64,000 bases of DNA from Lama glama (taxonomy: Eukaryota). The position numbers and the translations under genes were made by a program. The stretch lies in contig CM052817.1 of NCBI GenBank assembly GCA_028534125.1, forward strand, positions 99,760,001 to 99,824,000. The letters run 5' to 3'. Positions 10,720 through 23,359 of this stretch are shown in pieces (position 1 is the first letter of the stretch; each line of letters opens with the position of its first letter). The notes beneath the pieces are model-generated. The model was not told the origin of the DNA. It did not search any database and saw only the letters and a list, made by a program, of their open reading frames with translations.

Positions 10720-11720
10720 CTGCGTGTGTGGTGAGAGGAGTAGGGTGAAGGGGCGCAGTGCCGGCGAAAGGCGAACCCCCAAGGGCGAGGTGTCCTCCAT
10801 TCCGCAGGGTTTAAGTTTCGGTGGAAACTTTCTCTCAGAGACTCCTCCTCCTTCACCTTGGAAACGGGCACCGGGGCGGCCTTGCAGCGAAGCCCGCCGC
10901 CCCGCCCCCTCGCACCGCGCACCTGGCAGCCGCGCGCCCCGGGGGCAGGGGCGGGGCTGAGGGCGAGGCAGAGGGCGGGGGCAGAGGCGGGGCTGGGGGC
11001 GGGACGGCGCTGGTGGGGACAGGGGCGGGGGCCGGGCCGGACGCGCGCTCCCCCGGGCCGGCTGGGCAGGTTGGGCCCCGCCCCGGCTCGGGCCCCGCCC
11101 GCGTTCCCGAGGGCGCGGGGTAGGGCGGGAGAGACCGGCAGGAGAGGGACGCCCGGGAGCCGCGCGGCTCAGGTACCCGCTGACGCGCCGTCAGAAAGTT
11201 GCGCTCGGACCTTCTCCAGCCTCCTACTTTCTTCCCGGGCCCGGCTGTTGAGTTGGAGCCGGGCGGGGAGGAGCCAGGCCGAGACCTGCGAGCGGCCGCC
11301 GGCCAGGGCGCGGAGCGGACTGTCGGGACCCGGCGAGGAGCCCGCTGCCCCTTCCTCGAGGTAGCCAGCGCGGGTGGCGGTGCCCAGGACCGCGGCACAA
11401 ACTTTCTGGATTGTTCCCGGACAGTCCTAGAGAGCCCGGCACCGCGCGGCGACGAGGAGCCGCGGCCGCTGACAGGTACGTGGTATGCGGATCTGAGATT
11501 TGCGCCTGAGGCATTCTTTTATTTTAGGGGTCAAGGGAGGGGTGAGAGAAGTGTCCCTTCCCTGCATTCTCGGACTGCGCGGGAGGAGCAGGAATTGGGA
11601 TGGGGGCCCCGCTGGAGTACCTCAAACAAGATCAGTGTGTCAGGCCGAGGCACGGGCGGGAGGAGGTGGCTCCCAGAGCTGTGGAACCCGGCGTTACTTG
11701 GTGACTGATCCCGGGGGAGA
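10720..11720 (+). promoter_or_regulatory. CpG-island promoter with clustered GC boxes (Sp/KLF) and G-quadruplex-prone tracts
   Basis: Abrupt very high GC and CpG density; repeated GGGCGG/GGGGCGGGG motifs between about 10890 and 11130; no TATA box; G-rich + strand. Confidence 0.9.
11130..11475 (+). other. Putative non-coding first exon of an unidentified + strand gene (start approximate)
   Basis: Lies just downstream of the GC boxes, contains no ATG, and ends at a strong donor CAG|GTACGT (GT 11476-11477), after which CpG density declines. Confidence 0.6.
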
Positions 11721-14700
11721 GCCAGCTTGTTTTGACGGAGGAGGATGGCACCAGGGCCCTCCACCCCTTTCGTTGGTTCCTGGAGCTAGAGAGCCGGGAA
11801 CCTACGGGAGGAACAGGCCAAGGGGAAGAGATGTGGGGCTCAGTTTTCCCTCTCAGAACCTCTTTTTTACACAAGAGACAGAGGCAATGCCACTCTGAGG
11901 TTTGCAGCACTTTTCTGTTGTGAGGACTTACTTGCTGAGTGCCTCTTGCTCAGTGTCATCGAGTTCTCTAATGAAACTGCGTTCGAGTCGTGGTGGTTGT
12001 TACTGATGATGATGATGGGGTGTGTGTGGCCGACTCTGATCTTAACAAAGGTCCCTTGTTAATTCCATTTGTGCTAAGGAGTGGAACGAGCTGCTGTTCT
12101 ATTTCAAGTCTGGCCAGAGCGAGGTGTCGGTGGCAGCGGTAGCCTTGTTTGCTTGGGACTTTGCGAATCACGTGGGCAGGTCTGATGAATTAGCTCAGCT
12201 CTGTCCCACCCACTTGGATCCATCCATTCTTAAAAGACCCGGCTTCCACCAGTCAGCAGATGCTGCAGGGTTAGCCATCCAGGTGTGGGGAATATTCCCT
12301 GTGGAAGGAAGGACCCTCAAACAGAGGAGAGACAGCTGTGAGGAGTAACAGTAAACAATGAATACCAGTTGTTGCTTCCCTGTGGATTGAACCCGCTCCC
12401 TGACTTCTCTGGAGGGGTCCTGCTATCAAATTCATCTCATTAGGAAGTCAGCTGCTCTCTGCTAGTAGCCATAGCAGCTCTGATGAAATTATGTAGGTCA
12501 TTGAAAAATAATTCCTGCATAATCACCTTTATCCTGTTGATTAGTGAGAGAAAAGATTTCCTCTCCTTAATGTACCATGCCTGGTTGGCAGCATCACCTG
12601 CCTGACCTCAAGTTCACTTGTACACCTGGCACTGGACAGAATGTTTTCCCTGAAACTGCCCAAACCACAACCGAAGTCTGCATTGGGAGAACTTTAGTGG
12701 TCTTCTCTGGACAGAAACTGAGCAGGAGATTCAGTCCATTAATTACTTTAATGCAGCATACTTGTTGGCTTTAGATAACTTTTCTGATAATTAACGGCTG
12801 ATTTCTTTTAGTTCCAGTTACTCCCTTTCCACAGAGCTCGTAAGAATTGTGCCTATGCCTGCCTTGAAATAAATAATGTTTGGGGTGCCATTTATCATTT
12901 GTCCTGTAGTTTTAGGAACAGGATTAAATTGTGTAGGGCAGGTGGAAACGGCAAGAGAAACTGAGTGTCACTGAACTAGGTTCAGAGAGAGGTTTAGAAT
13001 GGTCTAATAATCTTGGCCCAACTGCCCAACTAGCTTCCTTCTTACCTCTAAATAGAGACCCTATGGTTGTATCACTTTTAATGTAGGCCTTTGAAGACCA
13101 GAAATGAAAGGGCTGTTTTAGCACAGTGTCAGTAATGCGTTGCTGGACAGTTCTTCGCAATAACTTACCCTGTTTGGTTCAAAACACTTTCTTTGCAAAG
13201 TTATTTCTACCGTGATAGGAAGTCAGTAGATTATCTCTGCAAATTAAAAAGCAGATGTACAAATTATGTAGAAATAGAGAGATACGTATTAGAAGCAGCA
13301 AGGAAGAGTTGCCTGAGGAGTGACTTTTGAAATTATTTCTTGTATTACTTTAAAAATGAAAACATGATAAGGAAGCTTCCTCTCTCTGCAAATATAAAAC
13401 AGAATTGCTTTCTCTGATCTTTACTTAGATGCTTGATCTTTATTCTATGTATATTTGTCTCATAGGGCAATGCATAAGCCCTTTGAAGAGCTGGACCCTC
13501 AGATTCTGGCCTTGGGACACAATTTACAGCTATTTCACTCTTATTCTCAGCGACTTCCAACTCTTAGTTTTTAAGCCTACATACGAGAACAGTGCTCAAG
13601 AGTGACCAATAACTTCATTTATAGGGATCTCTTAGTGAAGACAATAACAGAAGGTCACACGTTTATAGTGCTTTATGAGCATCAAAGTACTTTCACAGGT
13701 ACCACATTTGTGCTTTGTGATTTAACCATTTCATAGCTGGTGCTATTATGTTCGGATTACACATGAGGAAAGCAGATGAGATTCAGAGAAAATAAGGAAC
13801 TTGTAGGTGCATACTTTGTTCCTATATATGGTGGACTCAGACCCCAATGCAGGATTTCTGATTTAGAGGCCAGGCTTTTAATTTTTTCTCTTCTGCATTT
13901 TGTGAAGTATTTGGTTGTGAAATGGGATCTTATTTCTCATTTATCAAAATGTGTGCTCACTGGGGACAGGACCTTATATAAACATGTACTTATATACATG
14001 TATATATGTGCATGTAATGTTTATATCCTTCCCATTTCAACAGTGTAGCTGCACCCCTGGAGGTGGGATGAGTGAATAAATGCCCCAGTTGTTGAAGGAA
14101 CTTTTGGTAGGGTCTAAACTGGAGGGGAGGGAATCAGAAAATAGTAATTCAAGTATGTGATTTACAAATATGGAAGTAATTATAGGAAGAAACATCTAAA
14201 AGAGTTGAAGGAGCATCTTTTGGGGAATGGAACTCAAGGGTGAGGAAGAGCTAGGCAGGAGTCTGCTGTTTTTGGCCAGATACCTTTTAACCTTATACCA
14301 TATATTTGATACTATTTATACATATATTATTATTATGTTTTTAGATATCTTTTGGCAAGGATGAAGATTCATTTTCAAAATTTTAGAGCCGAAAGGGATC
14401 ACAGAGATTGTTAATTCCCAGTTTTCTCATTTTGGAGATGAGAAAATTGAGGGATAGGAGTTTAATTGTTTCACCAAGGTCACATGACTGTGGAGACAAA
14501 CCACTCCCAGCGCAAGTTCACGCCTTTCCCCAGGCAGGTCAAAATTTCCCCCATGCTTGTGATTCCTCAGTTACCTTTCCAGGCACTTCTGTCTTCTCCT
14601 TTATCTGGTTTTTATAATGTTTGAAAAGGTTACAGGACTGTGGATTCAAAAGCAGGTAGTTATCTCTAATTCCTTGAGTTTCCATTATGAAAATGATTCA

Positions 14701-15499
14701 AATCGTTTCAGAGTTTGCAGTATCTATACTTCTTTTGGAGATTAATTCTGCAGTATTTTAAAATTAGAATTAGAGACAATTGGCAGTTTGTCTGCAACAA
14801 TTTTCAGGAATTGACAGTGTTGCTCCGTTGAATATGATAACTATTGGAGTTTGGGCTAAACTTTTATCCCTAGAAGCTATTAGTAACGGGAGATGCTAGG
14901 GGGCCTTTCCAATATTCATATGTATTGCTTAATTTTGAAGTTCTGAGAATAAGGAAACAACTGTCTTCCAAAGGAGAGGTAGAGGTAGATGATATTTTAG
15001 AGCTATAACAGAACAATTTCTAACACCCTGTTTTCCCTTTTCTTTATACATAAGATTTTCTCCTACTTCCCTTCTAATTGTATCACTAACTTAAAATAAA
15101 AGTTTATTTTTCTAGATAATGAAAAGATAACTTTCAGGTATAGGATTTAGCATTTTTATATTATTTACTTAATTATGATATGAATCCTATCTGTTCCCTT
15201 AGAATAATCATGATATGTAACTTCAAAGCTGAATAAAATTCTTGATTCCGTATAGTAATATTTTGAGACACTTTCATCAAAACTGGATAATAATACTTTC
15301 CTATGGTAGAAGCAAATTAAACATAGTTGGTTTAGCCTTGAAGAATTTATTTTTACAGAGAGTTATCTGTATATGTAAATAGATAGCTAAGTTTTGGCCA
15401 ACAGTAGGTTGATTTTTTTGTATTGTACAGGGAATTTTGTCTGTTTCATGTTTTATCTAAAAACCAAAAACAATGTATTTCTAAAAATGAATATAAAAT

Positions 15500-16040
15500 A
15501 AAACATATAAAAAACTTTATTTTTTCTGATTATACACACGAAACATATTCATATTCAACATTCAAACATTACAGAAATATGTAATGTTGAAAGTTAAAGT
15601 GCACTGTAAGCTTGTGTTCTAGAGAAACTGCTGTAAATAGGTATATGTTTCTTCTCCCAAATTTCCCTATACTAAAATATATTTGTTATTGTGATTGTAA
15701 TGACAAATGGGGTAATATGAAACAACTTTCAACTGGTTTTTATTTTTAACATAGTAACTTAAGAGTGTATGCATGAGCATACATTCAGAGCATTCTGGCA
15801 GTATAGTATTGCATCACAGGTTATTTGAACAATTTCCTATTGTTAGAAATTTGGGTTGTTCCTCACTTTTCCACAGTAAGAACAGTGCTTTAGAGAACAT
15901 CTTTTAAAGTATATCTTTGTTAAGAAAAAATAAAGTATATCTTTGTACATTTGTGTAAGTGTTTTGTGTAGGAAAGTTTTATGAAAGAGTCAGATATGAA
16001 AATGTTAAACTTTTCTAGTTTATACTTTTTCCTAATAGTG
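15500..16040 (-). mobile_element. Ancient L1ME-type fragment
   Basis: AT-rich decayed motifs: tagtattgcat, tcctattgttagaaatttgggttgttc, aacagtgctttagagaacatc. Confidence 0.5.
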
Positions 16041-17920
16041 TCCCTAGATTTTAAATTATATTAATAGCTTTTTTCTTTTTGAATGTATCAGACTGAAGGT
16101 AGAAATTATTAATATTTGACCAGACTCTGAAACAAGAGCCCATGGTAACAAAAGGCACTGAGCTTTTAGGTTAAAGCTCATCTCATTTCTTCACATTTCA
16201 GGTTTTTGCTTCTAATGTTTTCCCCAAGAGAAGAAAGTAATTGATAACAGCTATAAAAATACCCTGCAGTTGTTGGAGGAGCTGCTAATTATTTTTTATG
16301 GAGCATAGTTTTTAAAAAAATTTTTCTTAAGAACACTATTCTAGGACATGCCATTAAGGAGTTCAGTGAACCCTCTCGGTTTTGCAGAGTGCAGAGTGAG
16401 TGTATTTTAGTTCTTCATGTATTTAAGTTTACTTCTGTTGAAATGTTGGTCATGGGTCAGTTTTAAGATCTTTACGCCTGTAGAAAGTCCCAGGAATTGA
16501 TTTCACTCATCTGCGTGTGGAAAATGTGAAATAAGATACTTTGGCAAAATTTCATGACTCAGGCTCCTTGAAACAGGAACATTTCAGGAATTCCTGTGGC
16601 AAAGTTTTTTACTGACCATCTTAGAGAGTTGATTAATATTTTCGTTGAGTCCAAGCTCTGTTCAAAACCATTCAATTGGATTATGTTTCATTCCTCAAGA
16701 TGAGTGTCTTCTGTTTTGTTTGTGTTCATGGAACTTGTACTTGGAGTTCATTCCTGATTTTCTTTGTATTACATCAGAATGAGTAAAAATATACTAATAA
16801 GCATAAGTGTCTGTACACACACACACACATACACGCACAACCTATTTGAATAGACACACATATGTATATTTATGCATAAGTGATATAAGCCATACTTTAA
16901 AAATATAATCATCAGTAGGTCATCTAGCTTGACTACTTTGTGCGTCCTCATAATGAAGATGATGTCTGCCCATATTTATTTTATTAGGAAAAATGGTTCT
17001 TGATATTTTTCATATGAAAAATTCCTTAATAAAATAAAATTCCTTAGGAAACAGGGAAACTTCATAGGTTGAATATAGTTCTTGTGTTTTGATTTTTTTG
17101 TGTACTGACCTTGCTTTGCTTCAGGAAACACCCAACAACTTGCTGTTTACTTAATGGTGATTGCTGATTTCTTATCAGTTTGATTTAAGTTTGAGCTTTC
17201 AGTTTCCTCTTTGTACTTCTCCACTGGGTTACTGTTTAGGACTTTGTGTGTCTGATTCAGAAGGTGGACCCTGCAGTTGCTGTTGATAAATCAGCTTGGA
17301 ACTTGTGTTTAGGTGTCTGGGGGCTGGTTTTGTTGCCTCCTGCCTTTTGTTCTCTTAAAGTAGCCCTACGTCTTGATCATGTTTTAGGATTAGTTTGCCA
17401 CCTGGGAGTGGTTATTTCTCTACAGTGAATCACAAAATGAGTCGGTTTGATGAGGCTTCCTGACTCAAGCCTGACTGACTCAACCTGCTGTCCATGAGCT
17501 TCTGGCAGGGTAGGCATGCCCGGGGCAAACTCTGAGCTTGGCCTCCTTCCCTACATGGGTAATCTCCACATCTGCATCCTTGTGGCTGTCCTTTGGAATC
17601 CTAAGCTTGCTTCTCCATTCCTGATAGGTCTCCATTTGGATCCTGACATCAAAGTAAAATATAGGGAGACAAGAGTAACTCATCTTAATCACCTAGCAGA
17701 GAACTTATTTTGGACAGAATCCTAGACATGTTTGTTGTTGATGGTTCACCTCTTACTATCACATGGGCAATTGTAATATTTTTGACCTTGTTTTTGTTTC
17801 CAGTTTTTCCTTCTATGATCCATTTTCACGCCATAATCAGTTTGATTTTCTAAAGTATAGCCTTGCTCATGTCACTGATCATGGTCCTTGTTGCCTGCTG
17901 GGTAATGATTCAACTCAAGG

Positions 17921-18419
17921 TGTGATGGTTGAATTTAGGTGCCAAACTGACTGAGCCACAGGGTGCCCAGAGACTTGGTTAAAGATTATTCTGGGTATGT
18001 CTGTGAGGGTGTTTCTGGATGAGATTAACGTTTGAATTGGTACAGTGAAGAAAGCAAACTGCCCTCCCACCATGGGTGGGCCTTGTTCAACCTGCTGAAA
18101 GCCTGAATTGAACAAAAAGGCTGAGTAAGGGAGAATTCGTGCTCTCTGCCTGTCTTTCAGCTAGGATATCCATCTTCTTTGCCTTTGGCCTTAAACTTGA
18201 ACTTGCACTTGAACTGTATTACCAGCTGTCCTACTTCTCTGGTTTACCGACTACTGATCTTGGGTTTTCTCAGCCTTCATAATCACATAGGCCAATTCCT
18301 TGTCATAAATTCTGTCTCTCTGCCTCTGCTTCTGTCTGTTGTCTCTCTATATATACACAATTCCTTCATATTTATATCTCCTATTGACTCTGTTTGTCCA
18401 GAGGTCCCTGACTAATACT
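17921..18419 (+). mobile_element. MLT2 (ERVL) solo LTR
   Basis: Starts tgtgatggttgaatttaggtgccaaactgactg, contains gggtgtttctggatgagattaac, ends ccctgactaatac; 5-bp TSD caagg (17916-17920) / caaga (18420-18424). Confidence 0.88.
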
Positions 18420-19489
18420 CAAGACATCTATGCTCTGGTGCCCCGAGCAGGTCTTCTGCTCTGGCTGCCATTCCGACCTGTTCCTCATTCCTTAGCACAC
18501 CTACCTGTTCCTCTTTCTCCATCTCTGCTGGGACCAGTCCTTCCTCCTTCCAGTTATATCAGTAATGAGAATTCTTCAAAGCCCAGTTCAGAGCCTGTGT
18601 CCTCTGTGAAACCTTTCTTGGTTATCTTTTCCTGTAGCAATTTCTTGGCATCCGAATCTCTGTACTGAAATTTTAGGAATTTAGTCATTTGCTGCCTTCT
18701 AGTGTTATCTTTTATACATTTGTGTTTCTTCCCAAACGTATTATAAACTCTATTAGAACTCAGACCAAGCTCTGTACTTCTAAGTCCTCCAGTGTTCTTG
18801 GTTTTGCTTCATGTAGTGGAGTGTTTACTGATTTTTTTTTAAGCACTCAGCTCTACCAAGGAAAGGAAGGCAAGTGTGGGGCATGTGTGCCCAGTCCCCC
18901 ATCTCCAGCCCATGGAAGAAATGTCTAACTCATTTCCCACAGGACCCAGAACTCTTTATCAGTGCAGTGCTCCAGGGAGACTCTGCCAGTTGTTTGGAGT
19001 TGTTACTAGAAATGAAACTTATATATCATCCTTGACCTAGAGCCAACTTTTCCTAAGAAAAAATTGAGTCATATTTAAAGTTCTGTTGAATTGGCCCTTT
19101 TCTGAGGTGCTGGTTTACAACTGTTTTTGCTGCCATCTGCTTTGCTCTTGTCTCTTGCAATTTCCATTGCCCTGCCTCGGGCTAAGTCTTTTCATATCTT
19201 CCTCTGTAAATATGTTACGGAGCATATTTGTGTCAATAATTTTGAACAAAAGTGAAGGAGATGAAATATGGGAAGCGAGTTGTATGTTCCTAGGCAATTT
19301 GGGTTTGTCAAATTTTATGCACATTTCATTCAAGCTCTGTATGATTCTCCCCATTTTCCTGCAATTGAATGTAGTTTTTGAGGCATGTCATTGGAAATCT
19401 GACCTCACTGTGCTCTTTGTTGGGTCTTTTAAGCTAAGAATATTGCAAACCCTCTGCACTTTCCATCCTCCCTACCCTGTTCTCCAGCA

Positions 19490-19680
19490 CTTGTCTTCTA
19501 ACATATTACAGTTTACTTATTTCTTATGTGCGTTGTTTATCATCTGTCTTCCAGAATAAGAACATAAAGCTCCAGGAAGGGCCGGGGTCTTGGCTGGATT
19601 AGTTTTGACTGTCTTTGGCTTATGTCCCAAGACGTAGACCAGCGCCTGCCATTCAGTAAATGTGTGTTGAATTGAGTGGG
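19490..19680 (+). mobile_element. L2 3' end
   Basis: agaacataaagctccaggaagggccggg...cattcagtaaatgtgtgttgaattgagtg. Confidence 0.7.
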
Positions 19681-21414
19681 AGTTTGCTGACTTGAAACCA
19701 TTCACCCCCACATCTCCTTGTTGTCTAGGCTTTCTGATGCATCCTCTGGGACCTCTCTTTCTTTTTTCCTTCTTGTTACTGAAGATCCCTTCTATCTGGA
19801 TTTTAATTCTTTCAAACCACACAACTACCTCTTCCCTGGGTCTGTGCCTTTGTAATAGCCACGTCAGTAGCAGGAGTAATTTAGAGTCCCTTGACTGTTC
19901 ATGGTTTACAAGGCAGGATGCCTTGTACCGTCTCATTGGCAGTTTTTCTGAGTCTGTGACAACAATGAATTTTTTAGGGTCTGTCTTTCACCAGAGCATG
20001 CAAGTTAGCAGTCTTGTCCCACCAGGGGGTGCAGCCATTCATCAGTGTGTGCTGGGCGTACCCAGTGCCAAATTGTGTATAAGGAACATGCTTCTTCGAC
20101 AGCATCTTCTGGCCTTCCAGGAACAATCATTATATTTCCCAGAAGAGTGTGTATATATGATATAAGGTCCTCAGGCAAAGTGGTAAAGATGAGAAAGGGA
20201 AAAAAAGAAACAGGCAACCGCCAGCACGTTTATGGAACACTTTTCAGTGGAAAGTGTTTGGCTAGATGCTGAAAAACTATTGTTGCCTCAAAGTTACTTT
20301 AATAGCAGGAGTTCCATGTGGACCTGTCCAGCAGGAATTGGAGACACAAGCATGGAACTGAAATAGTTGTCCTGAGGATGCAGATCACGTAGAGATGAGG
20401 TGACTTTCAGGTTCTCCGCCAGTAAATTGCTGTTGCTGCCCTCCTGGCCTTTCTCCTTGCTGAGCTACGAAGGTGGAGCCATTTTCTTCCTCAAGGCCTC
20501 TGTTCCTGCCTCCAAGCCATGGGAGTGCTCAATAACTATTAGTGTCTAATGATGATGCCGGAATATTCCTCTGAGCAATTGGAGAGCTGAAGTCATGTCA
20601 CATATTGACAGGTGCTCACAAATCTCCTTTTGCTGTTTTGAATTATCACTGCCAGGGGAGTTGTATACAACTTATTCTGGCAGAGTGGTCTTAAATATTC
20701 ATTCCTTTTAGCTATTACTTTAAGAGAAATGCCAGCATTTAGTCTTCAGGCTGCCAGGAGCAATTTTGGAGAAACTGTATTATAACTTTTTCAAGATACT
20801 TACTTCACGTAGCTCATTTATTTATACATTAATGTATTAATGTTATTTTTAATAGTGGAGGGACATGCACTTTCAGGTTAGTGGAAAGTCAGGGGTGAAG
20901 TGGAGGTCTTCAATCAGGTGTACTCCCTGGTAAGTTAATTTGCAAGTATTTATTGTTGTGGGAGGCACCATGGGAATGGTGGAAAGAGGATGCAATTTGG
21001 GTGCAAATCTGTTTCAAATCCCTGCTTTACTGTTTAGTAAATGTGTGTCTTTGGGCCATTATTTTCCTATGATGAACTTTAGCTTCTTTGTCTTTAAGTG
21101 GTGATAATAATGCCTGTCCCAAGAACATGACACGTGCAAACTGCTTAGCAAGGAAGTAATAATCACTACATGGTGGTTGTTACTTATGTACTGAAGCTCT
21201 ATTAGCACTATTCTAGAGATTGTTTGGGGAGGGTCTTTCAAAAGGTAGGTAAGATATCTGTCTGCAAGGCCATGAAAATGGTGACATATGTATTGACACA
21301 CAAAAAATCAGGGCAGCATGTGATGAAGTGTTATTTGTACAGAAAGTAAGTACAAGAAACCAGAAAGGTAGAGGTCACTGAGGTCATAGTCTTCAAGAAT
21401 CATGATGGGGGTTG

Positions 21415-21830
21415 TTGTATTAGGATTTCTTTGGTTGCAAATGATAGAAATGTAAACTGTACGGAAAGGGGATGTATTGGCTCACGTGGCCAAAGGTATG
21501 GGAGAAGTTTTGGTGGAAGCCAAAACTGAAAACTCCTATACCACCAAGACGCCCTGTCTCTTACCCCTACTTCTCTCTGAGTCAGTTTTCTCTCCACAGC
21601 TGAGGCATGGCTGGCATGGATCACCCAGAAAGAGCGCCTGACCTTCTTCTTTTAGTCTCCATCTCAAAATCCCAGGAGTGGCTCTGGTTGGCCTCGCTTG
21701 GGTGATACCTTTGTCCCTGTGGCCAGGGGCACAAATTATTTGGTAATTGGCAACCCCATCTAGAATTACATAGTTAGGATGAGGAAGAGGAATTTGGTCA
21801 TTCTCAGAAGAAAGGAGGGTGTTGGACGCA
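21415..21830 (-). mobile_element. Old MaLR (MLT1-like) LTR
   Basis: tgtattaggatttctttggttgcaaatgatagaaa...gctctggttggcctcgcttgggtga... Confidence 0.55.
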
Positions 21831-22649
21831 GGAGCAGGAGGTGTGTTTACTTTGAGGGGGAAGAGGACAGCTTTAGCTGGTTGCAGGGAGAGAGGCAGGT
21901 GTGCAGAACACTGAAACAAAGGCACCGAGTCTAGAATGAGAAAATGGGTTGTATTAGTGAAACAGGATCAGGTAGACTCAGGATGACTAGTTTGAAGGGG
22001 TTGGTTGTGGATTCTGGACTGATCTGATAGGGCATAAATCCTAAGAACCGACATGGAATTGACTTAGTCATGTTGGATCCTGGCTTTTATTCTTTAAAAA
22101 TTGGTTTCATTTTGTAAGCAGAGTATTTGAATTGGTAATTTGAGGACTAAGTTGAGTGCACTTGAGAAGTTACACTCATTGAGCACAGACAAGGTAGTCT
22201 TTGTAGTCAAGAGGCAGATGTCCATCCTGGCAGTACCTTAAAAATTACATGTTATCAAGCATTTATCTTACTTTTCCTATTAAAAAAAAAAACCAACCCT
22301 ATATTTCAGAGTAACCAGATAGATGGTTTGAACAAAAATTTTATTTTTAGAAGAATTACAGCTAATAAATGCAGAAGGAATGATATAAAGAAAGTATTAT
22401 CATTTTGTTACCCCGAATGAAATAACAGATCCAGGGAATGATCACCAGTGACTGCTACAACTATTAGGTCGAAGGCTGATGGGGAACTTTATAATTGATG
22501 GATCAGGCTAATAACCCCTGAACCCACAGATTAACCCTAACATTACAAAAAGAGAAAGAAGGAGATAATTCGTGCTTCCCAATTTGATGCAGTAGGAAAT
22601 ATACAGAAACCATCTGAAGTTTCTTGCCAAAAAAATGTAATGTGCTTCT

Positions 22650-23359
22650 TTTTTTAAGTTAATCTCTTTTTATTAAGCAGTTACTCTATTAGTAGCTATT
22701 AGCAGGTACTGAAAAGAACAATGTGGGTAGAAGCATAGTGCAAATCACAGCACTATTGTTAGTACCAGGAATATAAATGAGAAACCCTATGATTTTCAAA
22801 ATAAAAGGTGCCTGATTTTCAACTTCCAATCCAAAGATAGATCAACAAGAGAAAAGCTAAATATGTGATTAAGATCACAATTTAAAAAAAAATTTTTTTT
22901 TGAAGTATAGTCAGTTTACAATGTTGTGTCAGTTTCTGGTGTACAGCACAATGCTTCAGTCATACATGAACATGCATATATTCGTTTTCATGTTATTTTT
23001 CATATAAGTTACTATAAGATCTTGAATATCGTTTCCTGTGCTATACAGTATAAACTTGTTTATCTAGTTTATGTATATTAGCTAGTATCTGCAAATCTCA
23101 GACTCCCAGTTTATCCCTTCCCACCCTCTTCTCCCCTCTGGTAACTGTGCGTTTGTTTTCTATGTCTATGAGTCTGTTTCTGTTTTGTAAATAAGTTCAT
23201 TTGCCTTTTTTTTTTTTTTTAGATTCCACATATAAGAGATATCGTGTGGTATTTTTTCTTTCTCTTTCTGGCTTACTTCACTTAGAATGACAGTCTCCAG
23301 GTCCATCCATGTTGCTGTAAATGGCATTATTTTATTATTTTTTTATGGCTGAGTAGTTG
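22650..23359 (-). mobile_element. Young L1 3' end (23359->22893) carrying a ~237-bp 3' transduction (22892->22656)
   Basis: TSD aatgtg(c/a)ttct at 22639-22649 and 23360-23370 encloses the L1, a non-L1 segment, AATAAA (22669-22674, minus) and a T-run (22649-22655). Confidence 0.8.

Noticed and set aside
11130..11475. Naming the host gene
   Set aside because: No coding exon lies in the window and I do not reliably recognise the 5' UTR; a BLAST search is required.
10713..11923. Many overlapping 60-180 aa Gly/Pro/Arg/Ala-rich ORFs
   Set aside because: Expected by-product of stop-codon scarcity in a CpG island; no recognisable domain.
19086..20272. 139-157 aa ORFs
   Set aside because: Low-complexity Leu/Phe/Ser-rich translations partly overlapping an L2 relic; no coding signal.
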